Notes: generated from the sequence alone by a model not told the origin. A stretch of DNA of 64,000 nucleotides from Patescibacteria group bacterium (GCA_038057075.1 JBBUDV010000006.1:2216-66215), one strand, 5' to 3'; positions 18,805-28,310 are shown, numbered from the stretch's first letter. Made by a program: numbers and translations.

Positions 18805-20121
18805 TTAAAAACCTCTGCCAAAGCCCGATGATCTTGACGTGAAATGTTTCGTCCGTCCGCCAAATGCGGAACTCACCGCGCTGTCAGACGCTTTTTTGCC
18901 GACAAAAGTAAGCGCTATTCCTTTTTTGTCCGCTCTGCCGGTTCTTCCTATTCTATGAATATAATCCTCATAGGTTTTCGGAATATCGTAATTAATAACA
19001 TGGCTTACTTCCGGAATATCCAGTCCTCTGGCAGCCACATCGGTTGCCACCATTATCTGAATTTTATTTTCTTTAAATAATTTTAAAGCAAATTGACGGT
19101 TTGAATGAGTTTTATCTCCGTGTATTGAAACCGTTTTAAAACCGCGCGCGTTTAAAGAATTAGAAAGCCGCTCAACTCCCATTTTAGTTGTTCCAAAAAT
19201 CAAAACCTTTTTAAAATTTTCCTTAATCAGCAAATCATGCAATATCTCTGTTTTATCATCAGCCATCCCGATTCTTATCACGTCTTGGTCCACATTGGAT
19301 GAAGTGTCTCTGATTTTTGTTTCAATTTTTACCGGATTTTTCAAAAAACTTTGCGACAAATTTTCAATTTCTCGCGACAAAGTGGCGCAAAACAAAAGTG
19401 TCTGTTTTTCTTTGAACATTTGTCCCAATATTAATTTTATATCATTAATAAAACCCATATCAAGCATTCTGTCGGCCTCGTCCAAAACAACATTTTTACA
19501 TTCGTTCAAATTTATAATTTTTCTTTCAATCAAGTCCTTTAATCTTCCGGGAGTTCCTATTAAAACATTGCATCCGCGCCTTAATTGCATAATCTGTTCT
19601 CTCATACTCGCGCCTCCCACAATCGCGACGGAATAAATATTTAATCCTTTTGAAAAGTCCCTAAATTCGCCGTTTATTTGGAGAGCGAGCTCTCTGGTCG
19701 GAGCCATTATCAAGACCCTTTCCCTTTTATTTTTAATGATTTTATCAATAAGCGGAATCAAAAATGCCGCTGTTTTCCCTGTTCCAGTATCCGCCATGCC
19801 GATTATATCCTTCCCTTCTAAAATTTCCGAAATTGCTTTATCCTGAATCGCGGTTGGTTTAATATAACCTTTTTGAGTAATATTGTTTTTTAATTGCTCG
19901 TCAATTTTATAATCGCTGAATTTATTAGTTGAAACATAATCAACAATATTATTATTTACGCTTGCTTTATTGATAAATTTTGATTCATCAATTTTTGAGC
20001 CCGAAAAACCGCGCGCCTTTCCTCCGCCGCGCCCAAAACTGCGCCCGCCAAATCCATGGCCGCCGCCAAAACTGCCCCTTGATCCGCTTCCGGATCTTTT
20101 GTTATTAAAATTTCCTCTCAT
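18805..20121 (-). CDS. DEAD-box RNA helicase
   Basis: Q-motif PTAIQ, TGTGKT, PTRELA, DEAD, ARGLD, HRIGRTGR. Confidence 0.95.
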   Translation of the reverse strand: MRGNFNNKRSGSGSRGSFGGGHGFGGRSFGRGGGKARGFSGSKIDESKFINKASVNNNIVDYVSTNKFSDYKIDEQLKNNITQKGYIKPTAIQDKAISEILEGKDIIGMADTGTGKTAAFLIPLIDKIIKNKRERVLIMAPTRELALQINGEFRDFSKGLNIYSVAIVGGASMREQIMQLRRGCNVLIGTPGRLKDLIERKIINLNECKNVVLDEADRMLDMGFINDIKLILGQMFKEKQTLLFCATLSREIENLSQSFLKNPVKIETKIRDTSSNVDQDVIRIGMADDKTEILHDLLIKENFKKVLIFGTTKMGVERLSNSLNARGFKTVSIHGDKTHSNRQFALKLFKENKIQIMVATDVAARGLDIPEVSHVINYDIPKTYEDYIHRIGRTGRADKKGIALTFVGKKASDSAVSSAFGGRTKHFTSRSSGFGRGF

Positions 20122-20305
20122 CTCAACAAAAAATAGTAATCCGAGATTACTATTGAGAGATCGCTATTTGGAGATCGCCGAATACGAATTAATCTGAGAT
20201 TGCTAAGTATTTAATTTATTATATCAATATTATAATACTTATCTTTATTTGTCAATAGCTCGCTTTGTCATTTCCGCGAAAACGGAAATCTAATCATAAT
20301 ATTCG

Positions 20306-20725
20306 CTATTTTACTCCGTGTTCATTAAAAAATGCCGAATACTTTTTATCCGCGACAAGTATGTGTTTTAACAGCCAATTACCGGCATATTCGGCAACTT
20401 CTTCGGATAATTTCTCAATATTTTGATCATCTTTCCTGATTCTGCTTATATAACCATTGGCCATTTCCCTGAACTGGTTATGCGCTTCCACATGAGGAAC
20501 CGCATCTGGATAATCTAATTTATCAAAAAGCTCTTCTTCGGTGCCCAAATGGTAAAACGCGTAATTTCCCATTTGGTTGACAATATCAAATAAAACTTCC
20601 TTTTCTGACGCTTTACTGTTTATAAAATCGGCGATTTTATTTACAATATCCAAAAAATGTCGATGTTGCTCGTCAATCATCTCAATACTCACGCTATAAT
20701 CTTTTGTCCAAATAAATTTTTTCAT
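20306..20725 (-). CDS. Bacteriohemerythrin
   Basis: W...YSV...IDEQH, H...EE, H...H, WL.KHI...DKKY. Confidence 0.9.
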   Translation of the reverse strand: MKKFIWTKDYSVSIEMIDEQHRHFLDIVNKIADFINSKASEKEVLFDIVNQMGNYAFYHLGTEEELFDKLDYPDAVPHVEAHNQFREMANGYISRIRKDDQNIEKLSEEVAEYAGNWLLKHILVADKKYSAFFNEHGVK

Positions 20726-21795
20726 AAGTTGTCCTCTTTGTCTTTGTCGTTGTCAATATCACGAAGTTTTTCTTCCGCTCTGCGAGCCGCCTCTTCAATA
20801 TTTTCTCGCTCTTGTTCTAAACTATCGGCTTCTTTTTCAAATTTTTCTTTCGCTTGTTCTTCTTGTTCTTCTTTCAACTCATTTTCCTCTTCTTTTGCTT
20901 CATTCAAATCCTCAATTGCCTCCCCTACTTTATCCAAACTTTTTTCCGCCTGCTTAGCTAATTGTTTCGCGCCAACATAGTTCTCTTTAGCAAAAAGTTC
21001 TTTAGCTTGCGCAAGAAGCTTGTCAAATTTTTCAAACGCTCCGGCAGGAACACTCGCGCCCTCCTCAACGGCTTCGTCTAATACTTCTTGCCTTTCCTCT
21101 TCAGCTTCTTTTATGGCTTTTTCCGCGTCCTCTTTTTTCTCCATCTCTTTCTCAATCTTTTCTTCTTCCTGTTCTAATGCTTCTTCCTGCTCATCTTCTT
21201 TGAGCTCCAAAAGTTCTTTTTGAGCTTTTATTTCGCCGAGTTCCTTTATCAATGCCTCAACTTGGGCAATATCGTTGGCTCGTCTTGCCTCGCGAATTTT
21301 TGCTTTAAGCTCGTCCTCTTTTGCTTCAAGGGAACGCTTTTGATCTTTAAAGGCCTGTTTGAAAGCTTCTTTGTTCGCGTCAAAATCATCGCTAATGCTT
21401 TTTGCGAGCTCGCTCACATCTTTTCCTTTGGATTTTTCGTCTTCAATAATACCGGCGGCTTTGGCAATGTTTGCCTGAAGCCGAGATTGAGCCACTTCCA
21501 ATCCTTTGGCATTCACGCCTTTCGTTTCCAAAATAATTTTAATTTCAGCGATACGCTCGGCGGCAAAAGTAATTTGAAGACGAGCTTTCCCTTCGGGATT
21601 AAAAGTGAAAAATTCTTGCAACGCTTCTCCGAATCTGTCAAAAAAATAAAACGGGCTTTCCGGAGTTAAACCGGCATTCGGCAATACGGCTTGGTTTTGA
21701 GCAAATCCTTCGACTGGGCTCAAAATAAAAGCTAAAACGGGGACAAACAGGAACGAGATAAAAATAACTTTTATAGTTTTCATATATATCATCAT
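20722..21795 (-). CDS. Secreted DUF5667 protein with long acidic coiled coil
   Basis: Signal peptide; AGLTPESPFYFFDRFGE...AERIAE; Glu/Lys-rich helices. Confidence 0.75.
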   Translation of the reverse strand: MMIYMKTIKVIFISFLFVPVLAFILSPVEGFAQNQAVLPNAGLTPESPFYFFDRFGEALQEFFTFNPEGKARLQITFAAERIAEIKIILETKGVNAKGLEVAQSRLQANIAKAAGIIEDEKSKGKDVSELAKSISDDFDANKEAFKQAFKDQKRSLEAKEDELKAKIREARRANDIAQVEALIKELGEIKAQKELLELKEDEQEEALEQEEEKIEKEMEKKEDAEKAIKEAEEERQEVLDEAVEEGASVPAGAFEKFDKLLAQAKELFAKENYVGAKQLAKQAEKSLDKVGEAIEDLNEAKEEENELKEEQEEQAKEKFEKEADSLEQERENIEEAARRAEEKLRDIDNDKDKEDNL

Positions 21796-21857
21796 ACACC
21801 ATTTGTAGTCCCAATGTCTATACTCCGTGATAGCTAAAAATTATCAAACAGACCGCA

Positions 21858-22700
21858 TTATTTGAATGCTCTTACAAACCTCAACGGATCAACCGAGACG
21901 CTGTTGATTTTGACCGACAAATGCAGATGCGGGCCGCTGGCATAACCGGTCTGGCCGACAAAACCGATAATCTCCCCTTTTTTGACGTTTTTACCTTCGC
22001 TGGCCTTGATAGAATCCAGATGAAGATAGGTGGAAAATATTCCATGGCCATGGTCAATAATAACGGTATTGCCGTAAACCGAATCATTATAGGCCTTTCT
22101 TACAATCCCTTTGTTTATTGCAGCCACAGCCGCCTTCAGCGGCGCTTTCAAATCCATTCCAACATGCCTAATCTCATTTCCGCCAGTCACTCTTATTTCG
22201 CCGAACCGGCTGCCGATTTTCGTATTGTCTTTAAGCGGCAACCCAAACGGCTGGTTAAAAAATATGTCTTCTGATTTCAAATCAAAAACGCTTTCCAGAT
22301 TTTTCTTTTTTTCCTGAAGCTTATTAACCAACCCTTGAGGAGTTAAACCGACTTGTTTTGTAATATCCAAAGCAACCCTAACCGCTTTGCCGCCTTTTAC
22401 GACAAAATCTTTCTCAAACGTTTTGCCGTCTGCGAAAACAATTTTCAAAGGATATGTACCAGGTTTCTTGGCTGCCGCAATTCCGAAAACCGCAACGTAC
22501 TGATTTTTATATTTGAAAAAAGAAACCTGCTGGCCATTGAATTGGGCGGATTTAACGGATAAATTTTCGTCCTTGAAATAAATAATCGCGGTATCCCCTC
22601 TTCGCAAATCAAAACTTGAAACCTCAAAATCAGCCGCGCCTGCCGAAAACGCAAAAAAGACAACCGACAGAATAACTGAAAAACCCGCTATTTTTTTCAT
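21858..22700 (-). CDS. M23 family metallopeptidase
   Basis: HVGMD, YGNTVIIDHG, HLH motif, VDP. Confidence 0.92.
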   Translation of the reverse strand: MKKIAGFSVILSVVFFAFSAGAADFEVSSFDLRRGDTAIIYFKDENLSVKSAQFNGQQVSFFKYKNQYVAVFGIAAAKKPGTYPLKIVFADGKTFEKDFVVKGGKAVRVALDITKQVGLTPQGLVNKLQEKKKNLESVFDLKSEDIFFNQPFGLPLKDNTKIGSRFGEIRVTGGNEIRHVGMDLKAPLKAAVAAINKGIVRKAYNDSVYGNTVIIDHGHGIFSTYLHLDSIKASEGKNVKKGEIIGFVGQTGYASGPHLHLSVKINSVSVDPLRFVRAFK

Positions 22701-22732
22701 ATATTTATTTTATCAAATATTAAAAACCGATT

Positions 22733-23158
22733 CTATTTCAAATTAACTATATAGGTTTTGATAAATTTTTCTATTGCCAATACAGTTTCGGTTTTTAATT
22801 TTGGGTTTGATTCCGCCACCCATTTGGCAAAATTATAAAGTTCTTGATTATCAACTTCCAACCATTTTTTGTTTTTGTGTAAAAAATAAAAAAGTGTCAT
22901 CATGGCAATCCGTTTATTTCCATTTTTAAACGGATGGTTTTTAACCATTAAATAAAATAATACCGACACTTTCCCAATAAATCCTTTATATAACGGCTTG
23001 CCGCCGAAAGTTTGGAATGGCGCGATTAAACAACTTTCTAAAATATTAGGATAACGCGAACTAAAATCAGGAATTGGCTCATCCCATGCCATCATTTCTT
23101 TTGCCAACCAATAAGCGACATATTCAACTTGAATGATTGAAATTATTTTTATTTTCAT
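22733..23158 (-). CDS. Fic/Doc family toxin, copy 1
   Basis: HPFKNGNKRIA Doc-type motif. Confidence 0.88.
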   Translation of the reverse strand: MKIKIISIIQVEYVAYWLAKEMMAWDEPIPDFSSRYPNILESCLIAPFQTFGGKPLYKGFIGKVSVLFYLMVKNHPFKNGNKRIAMMTLFYFLHKNKKWLEVDNQELYNFAKWVAESNPKLKTETVLAIEKFIKTYIVNLK

Positions 23159-23331
23159 TATTCTTTTCCTAATAATTTCAAAGTTTCGCCATATTCCTTG
23201 ATGGTTTTTTTAACGGCTTTTTCAATTTCTCGTTTTTTATCTTCAGTTAAAACCTCTCCCAAAACATCCGGCAAATTTTTTTTATTAATCATAAAATTGC
23301 GACCGATTTTTTGGGCCTTAATTTTACCGGA
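22755..23331. repeat. About 577-bp direct repeat, copy 1 (partner 26076-26652)
   Basis: Visually identical sequence at offset 3321 bp; encoded proteins identical over this span. Confidence 0.85.
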
Positions 23332-23412
23332 CTTGATCTTTTTAAACACAGCTACCCGGCTGATACCCAAAAGCTTTGCCACCTCAATTGTGGAAAACAA
23401 TTTTTTATTCAT
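23158..23412 (-). CDS. Excisionase-type HTH protein, probable antitoxin, copy 1
   Basis: STIEVAKLLGISRVAVFKKIKSGKIKA HTH_17; TAATG coupling to doc; C-terminal helix IKEYGETLKLLG. Confidence 0.8.
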   Translation of the reverse strand: MNKKLFSTIEVAKLLGISRVAVFKKIKSGKIKAQKIGRNFMINKKNLPDVLGEVLTEDKKREIEKAVKKTIKEYGETLKLLGKE

Positions 23413-23428
23413 ATTTTACAATAATAAT

Positions 23429-23460
23429 CTATGTTAACTGACAAAGCAAGGTTAACATAG
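23429..23460. promoter_or_regulatory. Putative TA operator (inverted repeat)
   Basis: CTATGTTAAC-N12-GTTAACATAG upstream of the HTH gene; conserved at 26751-26790. Confidence 0.6.
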
Positions 23461-23570
23461 CGCTATTAAATGCTTAATTTCAACAATAATATTAATCTAT
23501 TCGCCTATTCACGCTTGCCTTGCCGAAGTTTCAGCACAGGCAGGCAAATTAGACCAATAACAGGCGGCGT

Positions 23571-23903
23571 TTATTTTGAAGATTTGCGCCAACCGGCGGT
23601 CTTGGCTTCCACTTCCGAACAAAACCACTTCTCCCCTTTTGATGTGTTAATAACGGTTCTGTCGTAAAATTGTCCGCCCGGCATATGATAAATTTTCCCG
23701 CCACTGCTTATATTCCCCTTAATAAGGCAGTCCGTGTTTAGAGCTGAATTTTCGCCTGAATTTACAACAGATGGCAATTGGGCCGGCAATTGGGTCGGTT
23801 TGGGCCGCGACCCTACTAAATAAATACCCCCGGCTATAATTACCGCGCCGATAATAATAGCTAAAAATGTTTTATTTTTCTCAAAAAATTCTTTCAAATT
23901 CAT
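23571..23903 (-). CDS. Membrane-anchored protein with small C-terminal CxIKGN...YH.PG...WFC domain
   Basis: TM helix; CLIKGNISSGGKIYHMPGGQFYDRT...GEKWFCSEVEAKTAGWR (Ada-Zn-like domain often fused to thermonucleases). Confidence 0.7.
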   Translation of the reverse strand: MNLKEFFEKNKTFLAIIIGAVIIAGGIYLVGSRPKPTQLPAQLPSVVNSGENSALNTDCLIKGNISSGGKIYHMPGGQFYDRTVINTSKGEKWFCSEVEAKTAGWRKSSK

Positions 23904-23961
23904 AAATTTACTTGTAGTGAGTTTATCGAACTATTCTCCTAATTTTTTGCTGGGCAAAACA

Positions 23962-24327
23962 TTATTTTTTTAAAGCAAAGAAACTAATAACTAAAGCAAT
24001 AACGCTCACAATAATGGATAAAATGATAAATAAATTGTGTCTATCATACAAGATAAAACGCCACGCCTTTGTCCAGTAAGAATCAAACTCTTGATGTCCT
24101 CGGGGTGTAAGAATATAAAAAATATCAGGCAATTGGTCTTGTCGTATAACCTTATCTTCTTTCTGCAGCAGATCTAACTGATGTTTAATAATTGTATTAG
24201 ATTCCGCTGGTTGTTTGTTTCTTTCCCAGTAATTCAGTGTTGTTTTATTGACAATGTGTCGCCAAGTGGCGACACCGTTACTAATTTTGATAATTTGCAA
24301 AATCAATTTTTGAAGCTTTTTATCCAT
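23962..24327 (-). CDS. Hypothetical winged-helix-like protein with C-terminal TM
   Basis: YILTPRG wing motif then hydrophobic C-terminus; start at MDKK (ORF open from 24342). Confidence 0.55.
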   Translation of the reverse strand: MDKKLQKLILQIIKISNGVATWRHIVNKTTLNYWERNKQPAESNTIIKHQLDLLQKEDKVIRQDQLPDIFYILTPRGHQEFDSYWTKAWRFILYDRHNLFIILSIIVSVIALVISFFALKK

Positions 24328-24582
24328 AATTTTATTTTTCAATCATTTTTTGACCTTTTGCTTTTTTAACCATTCCTCCAAAATCTCCTTCGGGTCGCGG
24401 TGGGTTATTTATTCCATTATATCATCAATACCGAAAATTAACCGAAAGTTATCTTTGTGTATATTCTCCCCTATTTCCCGCTTCGGGTCAATTTACCCCC
24501 ACACCAAAAAACACCCTAAAATTTTAAAATAAAAAAGGCGGAAAATCATTTTAGAAATTCCACCCTTGTATTTATTGCTTGA

Positions 24583-24849
24583 CTATTTTTTCCTTCCAAC
24601 CTTAGAAAAAACATCTTTGTATGCCTCTTCAAAAGAAATCCCTGTTCCGACTATTTCGCTGCGTCCGCCAAGAACGTCATGGCTATAAGCTTCCATAAAT
24701 TCATTTAAAATAATTAACCAAAAATAACTCTTATCTTTTTCGGAGTAGGAAATCTTTAATTTAAATCCCATATATTGGGATAAACCGCCTTTTCTTTCCT
24801 CGTTTAAATCCCTTATCAATTGTTCTAATTTTAGCATTTCGGTTTTCAT
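24583..24849 (-). CDS. Hypothetical protein
   Basis: 88-aa ORF with SD AAAGGAG and TTGACA-type promoter near 24910-24945. Confidence 0.55.
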   Translation of the reverse strand: MKTEMLKLEQLIRDLNEERKGGLSQYMGFKLKISYSEKDKSYFWLIILNEFMEAYSHDVLGGRSEIVGTGISFEEAYKDVFSKVGRKK

Positions 24850-24989
24850 TTCAGTGCTCCTTTCTGATTTTTATTCCATAATTAGCGAATAATTTTGTTA
24901 ATGTAGCTAAAAATAGAATAACATATTTAAAGCTATTTTGTCAATTACAAAAAGCGCCCTTCTTTAAAAGGCGCTTTGGAGACGTAAAA

Positions 24990-25175
24990 TTACTTTTCAG
25001 GCACAATCATACAGACGATAAAATAAGCAATCAGGCCGGGCGCAATGCCTGTAAAGACAGAAAGAAAAACGTAGCCCACGCGCAAAATCACCGGATCAAC
25101 GCCAAAATACTCCCCAAACCCTCCAATCACTCCGCAAAAAACCTTATTATCCTTGTTTCTATATAAACGTTTCAT
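24990..25175 (-). CDS. pspC: PspC domain protein
   Basis: KRLYR...KVFCGVIGGFGEYFGVDP..LR...IAY...IVPE. Confidence 0.88.
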   Translation of the reverse strand: MKRLYRNKDNKVFCGVIGGFGEYFGVDPVILRVGYVFLSVFTGIAPGLIAYFIVCMIVPEK

Positions 25176-25311
25176 AGAGATATTATAACATAAATAATAA
25201 ACTTTACAAAAAACAAAGCCCCGCTTGATTTTGAGCTTTACTATTTATCCATAAATTGTGTATAATGTAATTATATAAAGGTCTAAACTAAATAAATTAA
25301 TAAACAATTTT

Positions 25312-25569
25312 ATGGAACAAAAAGGCAATTCTGCGTTTATGAAGCCGATGAATATCGGCGAGGAGCTGGCGGTAATAGTCGGCAAGGGTCCCATGCCCAG
25401 ATCAGAGGTCGTCAAAAACCTTTGGGTGTATATCAAAAAACACAATCTTCAGGACCCAAAAGATAAGCGGAATATCAACGCTGACGAAAGTTTGAAGAAA
25501 GTATTTGGCGGGAAAGAAGTTGTCAATATGTTTGAAATGACAAAACTTATTTCCAAGCATCTCTCCTAA
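25312..25569 (+). CDS. Stand-alone SWIB/MDM2 domain protein
   Basis: ELAVIVG..PMPRSEVVKNLWVYIKKHNLQDPKDKRNINAD. Confidence 0.9.
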   Translation: MEQKGNSAFMKPMNIGEELAVIVGKGPMPRSEVVKNLWVYIKKHNLQDPKDKRNINADESLKKVFGGKEVVNMFEMTKLISKHLS

Positions 25570-25580
25570 TAACTTTTAGA

Positions 25581-25619
25581 TAAAATAAAACAACCCGCCT
25601 CGGCGGGTTGTTTTATTTT
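25581..25619. terminator. Bidirectional intrinsic terminator
   Basis: AAAATAAAACAACCCGCC-TC-GGCGGGTTGTTTTATTTT between convergent genes. Confidence 0.8.
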
Positions 25620-25649
25620 GCTTCGTCTGCAAAAAAACGACAACAATCC

Positions 25650-25847
25650 TTAAATGCGGGTTACGTTTGTTGCGTTTGGTCCTTTGTCAGAGCTGGCTTT
25701 TTCGAAAGATACTTTGTCGCCAACCTTTAGATCTTCAAAGCTTACGCCTTTGAGCTCATTGCCGTGAAAAAATAAATCTTTTTCTTCGCCTTCAACCGTA
25801 ATGAATCCAAATCCTTTATCTGTAAGGGTTTTTATTGTTCCTTCCAT
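25650..25847 (-). CDS. Cold-shock domain protein
   Basis: KGFGFI, DLFFH, KGPNATNV. Confidence 0.93.
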   Translation of the reverse strand: MEGTIKTLTDKGFGFITVEGEEKDLFFHGNELKGVSFEDLKVGDKVSFEKASSDKGPNATNVTRI

Positions 25848-26056
25848 AGTTATAAAGTTAATTTAATTAATGTTTTAAGGTTTTATCCTAAAGTTTAGTT
25901 TTTTAAAAAACTCGACTAAATTTTATTTAAACAACTATCTTATAAACAATGCTAACATACAAAAACCAAATAGTCAATATAATTCATAAAATACTTTGCT
26001 CCCTCTGTACAACGAAATCCGAACGCATTTTGAAAGCGATTTCATTTGGCATATTT

Positions 26057-26479
26057 TTAAGATTTTACTATGTATGTTTTGATAAATTTTTCTATTGCCA
26101 ATACAGTTTCGGTTTTTAATTTTGGGTTTGATTCCGCCACCCATTTGGCAAAATTATAAAGTTCTTGATTATCAACTTCCAACCATTTTTTGTTTTTGTG
26201 TAAAAAATAAAAAAGTGTCATCATGGCAATCCGTTTATTTCCATTTTTAAACGGATGGTTTTTAACCATTAAATAAAATAATACCGACACTTTCCCAATA
26301 AATCCTTTATATAACGGCTTGCCGCCGAAAGTTTGGAATGGCGCGATTAAACAACTTTCTAAAATATTAGGATAACGCGAACTAAAATCAGGAATTGGCT
26401 CATCCCATGCCATCATTTCTTTTGCCAACCAATAAGCGACATATTCAACTTGAATGATTGAAATTATTTTTATTTTCAT
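26057..26479 (-). CDS. Fic/Doc family toxin, copy 2
   Basis: Identical to copy 1 except for the last residues. Confidence 0.88.
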   Translation of the reverse strand: MKIKIISIIQVEYVAYWLAKEMMAWDEPIPDFSSRYPNILESCLIAPFQTFGGKPLYKGFIGKVSVLFYLMVKNHPFKNGNKRIAMMTLFYFLHKNKKWLEVDNQELYNFAKWVAESNPKLKTETVLAIEKFIKTYIVKS

Positions 26480-26652
26480 TATTCTTTTCCTAATAATTTC
26501 AAAGTTTCGCCATATTCCTTGATGGTTTTTTTAACGGCTTTTTCAATTTCTCGTTTTTTATCTTCAGTTAAAACCTCTCCCAAAACATCCGGCAAATTTT
26601 TTTTATTAATCATAAAATTGCGACCGATTTTTTGGGCCTTAATTTTACCGGA
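26076..26652. repeat. About 577-bp direct repeat, copy 2
   Basis: Matches 22755-23331. Confidence 0.85.
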
Positions 26653-26736
26653 TTTAATATTCTTAAATACCGCTACTCGACTAATACCTAACAATTTAGC
26701 GACTTCAATTGTAGATAAAAACTGTTTCCTTATCAT
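26479..26736 (-). CDS. Excisionase-type HTH protein, probable antitoxin, copy 2
   Basis: Same as copy 1 with a diverged N-terminal part. Confidence 0.8.
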   Translation of the reverse strand: MIRKQFLSTIEVAKLLGISRVAVFKNIKSGKIKAQKIGRNFMINKKNLPDVLGEVLTEDKKREIEKAVKKTIKEYGETLKLLGKE

Positions 26737-26750
26737 ATTACCAATATAAT

Positions 26751-26790
26751 TTATGTTAACCTATGAGTCAATGGTTAACATAAGTTAACA
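26751..26790. promoter_or_regulatory. Putative TA operator (GTTAAC boxes)
   Basis: TTATGTTAACC-N11-GGTTAACATAA plus a third GTTAACA. Confidence 0.6.
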
Positions 26791-26812
26791 AAAAACAGAG
26801 GCATTAACCTCT

Positions 26813-26902
26813 GTTCGTACACACTGGCTCCGCATCGTGGACGACGTTAGAACTATTTTTGAGAAACAAAATGAGTATATTTATATACTTATTTTAAAAT
26901 AA
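26813..26902 (+). pseudogene. Possible recombinase C-terminal remnant overlapping a tRNA-3'-like att site
   Basis: Reads VRTHWLRIVDDVRTIFEKQNEYIYILILK*, with no start; TGGCTCCGCA (26825-26834) equals the tRNA-Asn 3' end. Confidence 0.4.
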
Positions 26903-26910
26903 AAAACCAG

Positions 26911-28212
26911 TTATTTTAAAAATTTAAATGATACGATAATTTGATCGAGAACATTCCCATAATCCTTTTTAGAACCCATGCCTATTAATATTTTATTCTG
27001 CCCAAATGGTAAAATAATTGCATCTGATATTAGATCACCAAATTCATATCTATATCTGATCCCTGGTACACCGGCAATAATCACAGTGGAAGTTGTTCTT
27101 CCAGCCCCAAGAAAAGATTTATCTGAAAATTCCAGAGAAACAACATCGATAACAAATGGATAACTATAATTGTTTTTATTTATAATAGGCCCAACTACAA
27201 GCTCAAACCTAACATCAGACCCTATCCCGCGAGATTTTTCTAAAACAATCCAATCTCTGGGATATTTGAACTCAAAACCATATTTATCATTTTTATAAGT
27301 TAGCCAGGTTAGAGCGGAGTATTGGATTGCTGCTTGATAATTCAAACAATACCAATTCGTATATGCCGCGTCAGCACCACAATTAAATGCTGATATTTGA
27401 GCATCATTGGTACAATTATAACCATAGGTATCGCCATGATAAGAATCTTTTAGAATTGAACTGGTATTAGTAGAAAGGCGAGATCCTAAAATATAACTTT
27501 GTTTATTGTCACTTAGACAATAAACATAACTTTCTCCCAATTTCGGATCACTAGGCATATTAAAATTATTTAAATTTAAATTATTAAATTTTGATTGCAA
27601 ATCACTCCATTTTTCAGCATCTGGATAAGCACTATTATTTACTTTATACATAACTTCTAAATTACTCTGAATTTTTTGCAAATCAGAAATTTTTCTTGAA
27701 TCATAAGCAACAACATATTTATTACTCCTAATAAAAAAAGAAACTCCAAAAATTAGCGCAATAAATGATATACCTAAAGTTATGAATATTAATACTTTGT
27801 ACGTCCAAATTCGATTTTTTAGAATAAAATATATAATCCATATCAAAATCAATGATATTAAAGAAAAAATGAGTGTATATAAGATTATTTGACCGCACCT
27901 TAAATCCTCAGGCACACATAAGCTCGATAAAGAAAATACTATCCCTATAGAATAAAAAAATGAAAATATAATCGCGGTGCTCAAAAGAGCAGTAATTTTC
28001 TTTTGCCGCAATATCATAAAGGAAAAACTGCTAAATAAAATCAGTCCAATTCCGCCCCAAAATAAAAGATTTGTATAGGGATCTGATGGAAAATTAAGGG
28101 CAAAATTTGCCACGCCGGGAATAAATAGAAGTAAAAATGGAAATATTGGTGCAAATGGCAATGCAATTATAAGAGAAAGAATAATCTTCTCGATAAGCTC
28201 TTTTTTAGTCAT
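26911..28212 (-). CDS. Multi-TM membrane protein with pilin-like and PsbP-like extracellular domains
   Basis: About 5 N-terminal TMs; DSRKISDLQKIQSNLE..Y.....YP and MPSDP (pilin-like); WLTYKNDKYGFEFKYP.DW (PsbP-like); atypical AT-rich codon use. Confidence 0.65.
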   Translation of the reverse strand: MTKKELIEKIILSLIIALPFAPIFPFLLLFIPGVANFALNFPSDPYTNLLFWGGIGLILFSSFSFMILRQKKITALLSTAIIFSFFYSIGIVFSLSSLCVPEDLRCGQIILYTLIFSLISLILIWIIYFILKNRIWTYKVLIFITLGISFIALIFGVSFFIRSNKYVVAYDSRKISDLQKIQSNLEVMYKVNNSAYPDAEKWSDLQSKFNNLNLNNFNMPSDPKLGESYVYCLSDNKQSYILGSRLSTNTSSILKDSYHGDTYGYNCTNDAQISAFNCGADAAYTNWYCLNYQAAIQYSALTWLTYKNDKYGFEFKYPRDWIVLEKSRGIGSDVRFELVVGPIINKNNYSYPFVIDVVSLEFSDKSFLGAGRTTSTVIIAGVPGIRYRYEFGDLISDAIILPFGQNKILIGMGSKKDYGNVLDQIIVSFKFLK

Positions 28213-28310
28213 TAATTAAATTATAACACAAAAAGTTCAAGTCCAATTCCTCTGTCACTTTTGTAGCAAAATTCATCCAGCAATGATGTGATTTTAAAAG
28301 TTAAAAATCT

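Noticed and set aside
22755-26652. Direct repeats as DGR template/variable repeats or a composite transposon
   Set aside because: No adenine-specific mismatches, reverse transcriptase, transposase or IS-like TIRs
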